The notes under the pieces were generated by a model. It had not been told where the DNA came from. It saw only the letters and a list, made by a program, of their open reading frames with translations, and searched no databases. A DNA stretch of 30,859 nucleotides, from the IMG/VR virus record IMGVR_UViG_2740892488_000014; one strand, written 5' to 3'. Shown piece after piece: positions 1 through 7,561 of the stretch. Position numbers and translations under genes: made by a program. The DNA comes from a virus. Taxonomy: Duplodnaviria; Heunggongvirae; Uroviricota; Caudoviricetes. Numbering within the stretch: the first letter of the stretch is position 1; every line of letters starts with the position of its first letter.

Positions 1-513
<513 letters not shown>

Positions 514-516
514 CTC

Positions 517-543
517 GGTGGCCAGTTTTTGTTGACCACTTCA
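517..543. repeat. Right terminal inverted repeat of the IS911-like element
   Basis: A 27-nt sequence that ends in ...CACTTCA directly after the transposase stop. It matches my recollection of the IS911 IRR. Confidence 0.7.
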
Positions 544-1110
544 ATCACAGCCTGTAAGGGCAATGGCGAGTAAGAGTACTGAGTATTTTAATCTCATGAA
601 TTCCCTTTAGAGTAAGGATTGGTTTTTAAGACGCGGTCTGTAATCAGTCCCGAGAGCTACAGTAAACAACGCTGAGCACTGAACGCATCACAGGTAAGGT
701 AAAAGGTGATATCGGCAAAGGCTGTGAAACCTTTAATTCAACAGATGGGAACGGTATGCGCAGGATCCTGTAACGACGCTCCCAAAACCGGAAACCTGTA
801 AGGCATGTTTTCGCTGCTGAACTTAATATACGAACCTGCACTATCATGAACATATTTTATATCGTTATACCCCGAGTGATTGTGCCCGGCAATGGATAGT
901 GTCCTGGAGGAACTATTTCTACTGTAAAAGGTAGATATTTAATTTCAGTTTTGAATTATTCCCTGCTGTTAATAACAATGGCTGTATATGGCACCGAGTA
1001 GGCATTTTTTCGCTTACTGAAGGGCAGCTGTGAGCGAGGAACAGACTTTCCCTACTTCGTTGAGAGTACACCTAGTACAATCAAGGCTAAATGATAAAAA
1101 TATACAAAAT

Positions 1111-1140
1111 ATCATATTTATGATATATATAATGGCATTA
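1111..1140 (+). promoter_or_regulatory. Copy A of a duplicated palindrome/promoter block (ATCATA-TT-TATGAT, TATAAT, ATGGCATTA)
   Basis: Palindrome at 1111-1124, TATAAT at 1128-1133, ATGGCATTA at 1132-1140. The same two blocks recur at 1697-1735, upstream of the next ORF. Confidence 0.4.
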
Positions 1141-1203
1141 ATCTTATTCTTGGATTACGTTGAAAGGGTAATATTATATTTGTGTAACATAGTTTAGATA
1201 ACA

Positions 1204-1629
1204 ATGCCGTTATGGGGGGGGAAAGACATTTCAACATATTAGCTTTGTATCTAACGCTCATGTAGATCTCGATTTTGAACTTAAAGAACAATTATTTTTT
1301 AGAGAGCAAGGTATTTTTGGGGAACAAAAACATAAAGTAATGGAGAGAGGAGAATGTATCAAAAAATCATCGATTTAATTTAGATTGTCCGTATAGTTGG
1401 GGGTAAGTCGAATCGCTGGGCTACATGGAATATTGTGTCAAGTAAAAATATATTTCAATCTTGCAATAACCGATTGTTGAAAATAATGTCAAATCTTAAT
1501 GGTGAATGGGGAGAATATAATAAACATGAGTCGATATTATGCAAATGGATTTAAATATTTTATACCCGAAGACATAGGGTTTCGAGAGTTCGATGAGACT
1601 ACTTTGAATGCTTTCGAATTTGCTGGCTA
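1204..1629 (+). pseudogene. Hypothetical ~140-aa ORF, readable only after about four single-base corrections (G8, A6, G5, G4 runs)
   Basis: ATG at 1204 is followed by G8 (1214-1221). Coding-looking segments sit in successive +1 frames: KTFQHISFVSNAHVDLDFELKEQLFFREQGIFGEQKHKVMERGECIK; HRFNLDCPYSWG; KSNRWATWNIVSSKNIFQSCNNRLLKIMSNLNGEW; NIINMSRYYANGFKYFIPEDIGFREFDETTLNAFEFAG. There is no Shine-Dalgarno and I recognise no family. Confidence 0.25.
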
Positions 1630-1696
1630 AAACATATAGGTTATATCTTACATCTGTTTGTAATGGAGCGTAGATGCGACAAGCTACACCATAATA

Positions 1697-1735
1697 ATCA
1701 TATTATGATATATTGTTAAGTTGTTATGGCATTAA
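1697..1735 (+). promoter_or_regulatory. Copy B of the duplicated palindrome/promoter block (ATCATA-T-TATGAT ... ATGGCATTA)
   Basis: Palindrome at 1697-1709 and ATGGCATTA at 1727-1735, about 50 nt upstream of the ATG at 1785. It is a near-repeat of 1111-1140 with a 12-nt spacer insertion. Confidence 0.4.
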
Positions 1736-1784
1736 ATAAAATTATGTCATTTTGTTAACCAAGCAAGAATCAAAGGACTTTTAG

Positions 1785-2488
1785 ATGGGTACGGCATTAA
1801 TTTCAAGCTTTATTAGTGGTGCAATAGCTATAATCTCTATTGCTATATCTACTTATAATCAGAATAGAATAAACAAGCTCAATGAATCACTGGATGTAAG
1901 GAGAAAACATCAGTACTATATTGAACCGTTAATTCGCTCAGCTTCAGACTTACAAAGCCGTATTTATAATATATTAGAATTGGGGTTCATTGAAGAGTTT
2001 TATCATAATGGGAATAAGCGCCAACAAGATTATGTTATCAACAATACTGTTTTTTCTTTTTTTCCCAGTTTTTTGCATGGACAGAAGCTGCCCGCATAGA
2101 CATTCAATACCTTAGCCTAGAAAAAAAATAAAAAAAATGAGGGAGTTTATTAGATTACAGAACAATATTAACTCATTAATCCAAACAGACGTCTTTGGTC
2201 AGTATTTTATGTTTTTCATAGGAGAGCAGAGAGCTATTGCAGAAAAGATGCTGATATCAACAGATACTGGATTTGATTGCATAGGTTACGGCAGTTTCAC
2301 AAAGGAAAATTGCTTTATCAATGAGCCATTTTTTTTTAGATTTAAACAATGAAGTGATAAATATGACAAGAGATATCGGAATTTATAAAGAAAGGCTAAT
2401 CAGAATACAGCACGCGTTAATCGATTTAATTAATTTTCTTGATCCTGGCATGATTCGATTTGACGGAAAAAAATATGGAAAAATATAA
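1785..2488 (+). CDS. Hypothetical ~233-aa protein with one N-terminal transmembrane helix; interrupted as sequenced at five homopolymer tracts
   Basis: AAGGA Shine-Dalgarno lies 7 nt before the ATG at 1785. The N-terminus GTALISSFISGAIAIISIAIS is hydrophobic. Track ORFs 1785-2099 and 2137-2352 plus the tail to 2488 join when one base is removed from each of two of the T6/T7/T6 runs (2050-2074), from A8 2121-2128, from A8 2130-2137 and from T9 2329-2337. The joined product reads ...NNTVF..FAWTEAARIDIQYLSLEK.KKMREFIRLQ...GEQRAIAEKM...INEPFFLDLNNEVINMTRDIGIYKERLIRIQHALIDLINFLDPGMIRFDGKKYGKI. Confidence 0.55.
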
Positions 2489-2673
2489 CCCAGATGATTC
2501 GTATCAAGGTAAGTTGCTATATGTATCAATTTAATTATGGTTGGGTGAAATTTATGTTAATAGTAGCGGAGGGTTAGTTAAAATATGCTCTCAGTGATTT
2601 TTGGATAGTTCTTTTATTTATCATTGAAAGTAAATATGTATAGCTTCAAGATTTACAAGTGAATCTGTTTATT

Positions 2674-2705
2674 GACAGTCCGCTTATGGCACAGAGCGGA
2701 CTGTC
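2674..2705. terminator. Perfect 11-bp stem-loop (GACAGTCCGCT / AGCGGACTGTC, 10-nt loop) downstream of the AT-rich cassette
   Basis: Inverted repeat read directly from the sequence. It is flanked by T/A-rich sequence (TGTTTATT before, ATATTAAATTT after) with no clean U-tract. Confidence 0.4.
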
Positions 2706-2904
2706 ATATTAAATTTGGCTCCACGCCATAGATGTGTCAGCTCATATCTTATCTAATACACACAATAACTTTCTCATTCTTGGAGAATTATTTTTTTAAG
2801 GGTAGGTGTTGACGTTAGAGCAAAAGAATGGTGATTTTTTTGATGTGTATTACGTTGGAACTGATGGGAATAACTATCTGTTTTCAACGCACTGCTAATT
2901 TATC

Positions 2905-2926
2905 AAGGCCCTTTGATCAGGGCCTT
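2905..2926 (-). terminator. Stem-loop terminator candidate for the ImmA/membrane-protein operon
   Basis: AAGGCCCT-ttgatc-AGGGCCTT (8-bp stem) lies 25 nt beyond the stop of the minus-strand gene that ends at 2951. Confidence 0.5.
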
Positions 2927-2950
2927 CGAAAGACTGTTGGACCGAGAGAG

Positions 2951-3557
2951 TTACTTGCGTTTAAAAAGGTATTTTGTCACGACCAGCACGAGGCCGAATA
3001 CCTCTGTCAAAGTACCGCCCATGTACAACTGTAGTGTTAAATCCTCAAATTCCAGCTTACCTGCGCCGTCGGCAATAAATACACCATTCATTATCAGAAG
3101 TTGGAAAGCAAGGATAATCAGGAACCATTTCCCGTATCGTTTTTTTAGAGCGATTTCTGCTTCAAAATCTTTGTTGTTGAGTTGTTTGCGCTCATGCTCG
3201 GTATCAAGTGAATTCACCTGTTTCACAGATGTGAACTCGGTCAAGATTTTACTCTCAGTACGGGTGACTTGTTGAGAGGGTGTAGCAGTTGGAATTCTTT
3301 TGCTAGACGCAGCTACAGCCATTTTGCGAGCTTCGGCAGCTCTTTTTCTGGCTATTCCGCGAATACGGACAGCCGTTTTTTTTGGGGGCGTGCGAAACCT
3401 TTGGCTGAGGTGAAGCTTCGTCAGGAGACTGAACCGGAGTTTCATCGTCCTCCGGCTCAACCTCTTCTGCTAACTGACGGTGTAGGTTGAGGGAATCCTT
3501 CAGTCTGCGTGCTACTTCCTGTTTGAAACGGCTGTTAAAATCGTCATCCGATGGCAT
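2951..3557 (-). CDS. Hypothetical ~201-aa protein: charged/disordered N-terminal half and a C-terminal two-TM domain; frameshifted as sequenced
   Basis: Track ORFs 3303-3557 and 2951-3460 overlap. They join (..SHAPKK|TAVRIRGIARK..) if one base is removed from the T8 run at 3376-3383. The C-terminus has two hydrophobic helices, WFLIILAFQLLIMNGVFIA and GGTLTEVFGLVLVVTKYLF. The gene starts 9 nt after the ImmA-like stop. Confidence 0.6.
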
Positions 3558-3566
3558 TTTAAAGCG

Positions 3567-4056
3567 TTACCCCAACCTCAAGTTCTTTAAACGATAAGTC
3601 ATCGCATCGTCAGATACGCCAAAATAATGCGCCATTATATAACTTGGTTGACCGTCAGCGTGCAGTTTTCTGACCTCATCTACCGGCATCAGAAGTTCTG
3701 CTGCGAACTTGTTTGCAAAAATTTCATCAGGATGCGTTCCGGCGCTTGCGGTTTCGCCACGTAAATCAACGTACTCATATTCATCGCTATGCGATGCTTG
3801 CCGGGCGATGTAATGCCCCAACTCATGCCCACATGAAAAAACGTTGACGAACTTTGTTGTCATCACTGTTTAGAAAGATCGCTGGATCTTGATCTTTTTG
3901 TTTAATCAGTGCGCCAGAAACTTTCCCAGGAAGATCGGTAATAAAAACATCTAATCCCATGTCGTGAGCAATTTTCGCTGGATCAACAGGGAAACCACGC
4001 CCGCACCAGAACGTGTCCAGCACTCGCCGGGCGTGCTCTCTTGGGTTGGTAGCCAT
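3567..4056 (-). CDS. ImmA/IrrE-family (COG2856, DUF955) zinc metallopeptidase; frameshifted as sequenced
   Basis: Strong GGAGGAG Shine-Dalgarno. The HExxH motif in ...RQRF|SCGHELGHYIARQ... and the downstream FANKFAAELLMP are typical of the family. Track ORFs 3823-4056 and 3567-3866 join when one base is removed from the A6 run at 3836-3841. Confidence 0.8.
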
Positions 4057-4128
4057 AGCTCCTCCAGTTACTGCATTACGATTATTGGTTGAAATATAGA
4101 CAGCATGTTCCGTACCACATTCCTGTAA

Positions 4129-4147
4129 AAGTGCAAATTCTGCACTT
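4129..4147. promoter_or_regulatory. Palindromic operator candidate AAGTGCA-aattc-TGCACTT upstream of the ImmA-like operon
   Basis: A 7-bp inverted repeat sits 70-90 nt upstream of the minus-strand ATG at 4056. It is nested in the outer GTACCA...TGGTAC repeat (4112-4154). It shares GTGCAAAT with 4897-4911. Confidence 0.4.
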
Positions 4148-4432
4148 CTGGTACGATATTAACTGTTAGTAGTAAAGTCTTCCAGATAAATCACTTTAAA
4201 ATCTTGTGAATTGCTTGCTTTTTACGCTGTATTGTGGATGGTTCAATGTTTCCAGTAAAAACATACATGATAATCATGAGTTTAGTGTTTTTTTAGGCGT
4301 CTATATGTTTCTGGAAAATACAGGTCTAACCTGATCTTATCGTTGAGATTTTTTGTACTCAGTATGCGTGAACGATTCGACCAGGTGACTGTGTACGTGA
4401 AGAAGACCGCCCTTAATATTTTAAATGTGCAA

Positions 4433-4448
4433 CCCCTCAGAAGAGGGG
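4433..4448 (-). terminator. Intrinsic terminator candidate after the 77-aa gene
   Basis: CCCCTC-agaa-GAGGGG hairpin 7 nt beyond the stop at 4455. On the minus strand it is followed by TTGCACATTTAAAATATT. Confidence 0.6.
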
Positions 4449-4454
4449 CTACTC

Positions 4455-4688
4455 TCACTTCTGCAGTATCTCGCCAATACCTGCCAGATTCTCGTCCATC
4501 TTGTCACCGTTTTCGATAAGGATGGAGTTGAGCCGATTCAGTTGCATAGCAATTTCAAGTTTGATTAAGGTATCCACCGATACACCAGTTTCTTTTGCTA
4601 ACTTAGTAAGAGCCGCAGCTCGATTGGCTAAATTAAAATCATCGAACTCATAACGACTTCTGCACGGCTGGTTGCCTAACGTACCCAT
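4455..4688 (-). CDS. Hypothetical 77-aa protein with a helix-turn-helix-like segment (possible small DNA-binding regulator)
   Basis: GAGGAA Shine-Dalgarno 7 nt before the ATG. The segment AAALTKLAKETGVSVDTLIKLE looks like an Xre/Cro-type HTH. The ORF is intact and has its own terminator. Confidence 0.6.
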   Translation of the reverse strand: MGTLGNQPCRSRYEFDDFNLANRAAALTKLAKETGVSVDTLIKLEIAMQLNRLNSILIENGDKMDENLAGIGEILQK

Positions 4689-4884
4689 AGTGATTCCTCA
4701 TGATATAAAGACCCAACAATATAAATTACCAGGCACATCATAAGATAGGGTTCCAGCCCATATTTTCAAATATTTGCAAGTATCACCGTTCAGTCTAAAA
4801 AGTTGGATGATGATTTAACGAGCCATAACAAAACCCTGCCTCGGAGGTTTTTTTCTTTTTTATAGAACTCAGCGGCGTGAAAAC

Positions 4885-4923
4885 GAATAATAAATTGTGC
4901 AAATAGTGCAGTTTTTATTATTC
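4885..4923. promoter_or_regulatory. 10-bp perfect inverted repeat (GAATAATAAA / TTTATTATTC) around a GTGCAAATAGTGCAG core, just upstream of the 213-aa gene
   Basis: Read directly from the sequence. It ends 9 nt before the ATG at 4933 and overlaps the region just 5' of the GAGG Shine-Dalgarno. The core resembles GTGCAAATTCTGCAC at 4131-4145. Confidence 0.4.
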
Positions 4924-4932
4924 GAGGTAATT

Positions 4933-5574
4933 ATGAAAACCTTCTATGAGGACTGGCCTGAAACTTTCGTTAGCCGGTTAGATATGTTACGGGCGTTGGA
5001 TGATCGCGGTTCGACCCGGAGGCTCTATCTTGAACGGACCGGGGCAATATTTGACGCTCTGGCAGAAGAGATACGTACAGTCGTTGCCGGGCATCCTGAA
5101 ATCGACGTGAGTGAACTTGATATCGGGCCGCTGTATCGCTATTACAAACGTGGAGAAAAGGGGAATCCGCTGGCTGACTTACTTATTGAGTTGGCTCCAC
5201 CAACTTGTGAACGGGTTCGTATATCTCCTGAAGTGTACATAATCCCGTATCTGTTTTTTGCACTGTTGATAGCGCAAGGCGCTGACAACGATGCCCGCGA
5301 TTTTTTCAATATGATGATGCGACCGTTAATCATCGCCTACCGTTTCAAACAACTGGCGCGATACCTGGGAACAAAGGGCGGAGGACGACCACAGCACAGA
5401 TTAAAAAGCGAAGCCATTGAACTGGCTGATCGTTTTTTTACTGAAAACCCGACAGCGCCATTATCGCGTGGCGTGCAATACATATCCGGTATTTTTGTGG
5501 CGAAATACTCTGACCCACCTGCAGCGTCGACGATTAGAAAATGGTTAATTCCAATTTACAGGAGTGATAAATAA
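4933..5574 (+). CDS. Hypothetical 213-aa protein; the C-terminal ~50 aa look like a DNA-binding HTH
   Basis: I prefer the ATG at 4933 (MKTFYEDW), which has GAGG 6 nt upstream, over the track's GTG at 4897. The C-terminus GGRPQHRLKSEAIELADRFF...PPAASTIRKWL resembles resolvase/terminase-type HTH tails. I recognise no family. Confidence 0.6.
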   Translation: MKTFYEDWPETFVSRLDMLRALDDRGSTRRLYLERTGAIFDALAEEIRTVVAGHPEIDVSELDIGPLYRYYKRGEKGNPLADLLIELAPPTCERVRISPEVYIIPYLFFALLIAQGADNDARDFFNMMMRPLIIAYRFKQLARYLGTKGGGRPQHRLKSEAIELADRFFTENPTAPLSRGVQYISGIFVAKYSDPPAASTIRKWLIPIYRSDK

Positions 5575-5580
5575 TGACCA

Positions 5581-5611
5581 TAAACGGTTTAATCCCCTAT
5601 AAAACCGTTTA
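5581..5611 (+). terminator. Stem-loop after the 213-aa gene (TAAACGGTTT / AAACCGTTTA, 10-bp stem)
   Basis: Perfect 10-bp inverted repeat starting 7 nt after the stop. It is followed by ATAAAATT, which is not a clean U-tract. Confidence 0.4.
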
Positions 5612-5673
5612 ATAAAATTCACGACGTGAATATAATTGTTCATTATTCCCTCATTGTATTTGGCGTTATGACA

Positions 5674-5722
5674 AATGCCATAAAATACTGTATAAATATG
5701 GGTCTTCCCCGATCATGGTGGG
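5674..5722. repeat. Left (transposase-distal) terminal inverted repeat of the ISL3-family unit
   Basis: AATGCCAtaaaataCTGTATAaaTATGGGTCTTCCCCgatcaTGGTGGG. It overlaps a hairpin, GTCTTCCC (5702-5709) / GGGAAGAC (5720-5727), just past the transposase stop. Confidence 0.6.
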
Positions 5723-5727
5723 AAGAC

Positions 5728-6948
5728 TCAGTACGCCATATTCAGTTTCCCATAGTGGAACATAACTCCCAGTTTAAAGCGTTCCCGGTTTCGGTATCCC
5801 CTGGCCTTTATCCTCAGCAGTCTGATCTTGCTGTTCAGCGCCTCCGCATTTCCATTCGAGACGCGATGACGCATTGCATTCAGTATTCCGTATAACCGTT
5901 TTTTAATGGTTTTCGCTGCGTTTTTCATCATCGGCACATCACATTCAGACGCCAGCGATATCCACTGCAACCAGTCATTCCTGCGTTCTGTGCTCCAGGG
6001 GCGATCCCAGATATTTTTTGCCAGCTCTTTCAGTGTCCAGCACTGGCTTGTCTGTTGCATCTGTTCCCGCAACCACATCAGCTTTTCCTGCCGGGACTCA
6101 GTCATCCATTTGTCGCTGTACTGCCACAGGAAGCGGGTACCTTTGGCCTGACGACGACTTTCAACAGGGAGGTGCGGATGTTCATTCTGGCGGGTTTTAT
6201 CAACCACTTCGCCCAGTTGCTTCGCCACATGGAAGCGATCGAAGGCGATTTTCTCGACCGCATTGGGTAAATGGATACGCGCTGCTCTTATATAGCCCGC
6301 ATTCATGTCCATCGACAGTGTTTTGATGGCCAACAACTGACTGTCAGTAAGCGAACGGAGATAGCTGGCAAGACTCTCTGTGCCACGATCATCGGTTAAT
6401 GCCAGTGCCCGCCCGTCGCGATCAGATACCACGGTTATATACCTATGCCCTTTTTTAAAGGCGACTTCGTCTACATTCATATGACGCACTGATAAAGGCT
6501 TTTTAATCCGCGACAGGCCTCGCTTAACCGCGCGGGTCATGATGCCGTCAACGGCATTCCAGCTAAGTTTAAGTTGTTTTCTGACCGCATCAACGGTGCT
6601 GATTTTAAGCCATGAGAGCACGAACGATTCGAACAGCAGAGTGTACCGACTGCCGGAACCTGCCCACGGTACAGGCAGAGTCTGGCAGCCATGCTCCGGG
6701 CACATAACGCGGGGAACATCGGCTTCTACTAATGTCATGAACTGGCAGGTATCAAGGTGGCGCCATTTACGATGTCGGTGATCGTGAACAGAACAGGATT
6801 TCCTGCAGGTCGGACAGGTTAACTGAGTATTTTCAGCAATTCCGACTGTAACAGTAACGGAACCTGCATTTTCATCGAGGGTAAGGGATTTAACCTGCCA
6901 TGGTGCAGTCAGGTTAAGGATATGGGCATAGAGGGATTTTTCGTCCAT
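5728..6948 (-). CDS. ISL3-family transposase (N-terminal zinc-finger region plus DDE domain)
   Basis: Intact 406-aa ORF. CPTC...H..HR and CPEHGC zinc-binding motifs, then ...VDEVAFKKGHRYITVV...MDMNAGYI...NGNAEALNSKIRLLRIKARGYRNRERF, which is typical of ISL3 transposases. Confidence 0.9.
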   Translation of the reverse strand: MDEKSLYAHILNLTAPWQVKSLTLDENAGSVTVTVGIAENTQLTCPTCRKSCSVHDHRHRKWRHLDTCQFMTLVEADVPRVMCPEHGCQTLPVPWAGSGSRYTLLFESFVLSWLKISTVDAVRKQLKLSWNAVDGIMTRAVKRGLSRIKKPLSVRHMNVDEVAFKKGHRYITVVSDRDGRALALTDDRGTESLASYLRSLTDSQLLAIKTLSMDMNAGYIRAARIHLPNAVEKIAFDRFHVAKQLGEVVDKTRQNEHPHLPVESRRQAKGTRFLWQYSDKWMTESRQEKLMWLREQMQQTSQCWTLKELAKNIWDRPWSTERRNDWLQWISLASECDVPMMKNAAKTIKKRLYGILNAMRHRVSNGNAEALNSKIRLLRIKARGYRNRERFKLGVMFHYGKLNMAY

Positions 6949-6966
6949 ATAATTTCATTCTGAAGC

Positions 6967-7485
6967 TTACTTTAAACTGATATTATTATTTTTTGCCCAC
7001 TTTCTTAATCTTCCATTAGCGTTGGCGTAAGGCGAAGATGTGTTAAATGAGATCATTCTCCCCATCGTCCATTTTGTGTACCATGGTCTTCCATACAAAA
7101 TATCATCGGTACGATCATTAATAAGGTTCACAATCTCATTTTTTACAGTCTGAAGTTCAGCTACTAACAACTCATAACTTAACTCACTGTAATCTGAGTA
7201 AAATTTTTGAGCAAGAAGGCCAAGCTGATTCCATTTATAGCCAGTTTCCGGAAAATCGACAGGCAGACCTTTAGCATCAGAAGCGATCCACTTTACAACA
7301 AGAGCATTCCATCCAAGCAGATACGAAACGAGATCACGAACACTCATCTCCGTTCCTTTGGCGTGTCCGTCCATTGATTTATCTGAAGTAATTTCTGGTG
7401 GGATTGTGTTGAGGTAACTAATTAATTTACTAAAATTTTTATCAATAGCTAAAAGCAGTTCAGCTTTTGTTTGCGGCACACTCAT
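6967..7485 (-). CDS. ClbS/DfsB-family four-helix-bundle protein (DUF1706; colibactin self-protection homologue)
   Basis: 172 aa, GAGGG Shine-Dalgarno. From memory it aligns end to end with pks-island ClbS. Shared blocks are GHAKGT, LVSYLxGW (Tyr at position 55), FPExGxKWNxLGxLAQKFYxDY and LYGxPWYxKWTxGRMIxFNTxSPYxNAxGRL. Confidence 0.85.
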   Translation of the reverse strand: MSVPQTKAELLLAIDKNFSKLISYLNTIPPEITSDKSMDGHAKGTEMSVRDLVSYLLGWNALVVKWIASDAKGLPVDFPETGYKWNQLGLLAQKFYSDYSELSYELLVAELQTVKNEIVNLINDRTDDILYGRPWYTKWTMGRMISFNTSSPYANANGRLRKWAKNNNISLK

Positions 7486-7513
7486 AAGAATTCCCTCTCA
7501 TGTAAAAAGAGAC

Positions 7514-7541
7514 ACCATAAAGGTACTGTGTGGTGTTTGAA
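7514..7541 (-). promoter_or_regulatory. Candidate sigma70 promoter for the clbS-like/transposase transcript, just inside the right IR
   Basis: On the minus strand, TTCAAA (7541-7536), a 16-nt spacer and TATGGT (7519-7514), about 30 nt upstream of the ATG at 7485. Confidence 0.3.
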
Positions 7542-7561
7542 AATCGCTCAATTATGTACCA

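Noticed and set aside
644-853. 69-aa minus-strand ORF from the track
   Set aside because: It has no Shine-Dalgarno and a low-complexity, unconvincing sequence. A different minus frame over the same DNA reads more protein-like (..IAGHNHSGYNDIKYVHDSAGSYIKF..) but has no start. I treat the region as a broken remnant rather than a gene.
1132-1197. Short hydrophobic uORFs starting MAL... inside both repeat copies (MALILFLDYVERVILYLCNIV at 1132-1197; MALNKIMSFC at 1727-1759), considered as leader peptides or type I toxins
   Set aside because: Neither ATG has a Shine-Dalgarno. The peptides diverge right after three codons. The shared ATGGCATTA is more simply a promoter or 5'-UTR element.
2828-3490. 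Plus-strand ORFs 2828-3034, 2913-3275 and 3269-3490
   Set aside because: They are antisense shadows of the minus-strand membrane-protein gene. They have odd composition and no ribosome-binding sites.
4897-4932. Upstream GTG start (4897) for the 213-aa gene
   Set aside because: The GTG lies inside the palindromic operator-like element. The ATG at 4933 has a properly spaced GAGG.
5626-6781. Plus-strand ORFs 5626-5895, 5906-6151, 6018-6326, 6055-6270 and 6539-6781, and minus-strand ORF 6537-6719
   Set aside because: All overlap the well-supported ISL3 transposase gene, either in antisense or in alternative frames.
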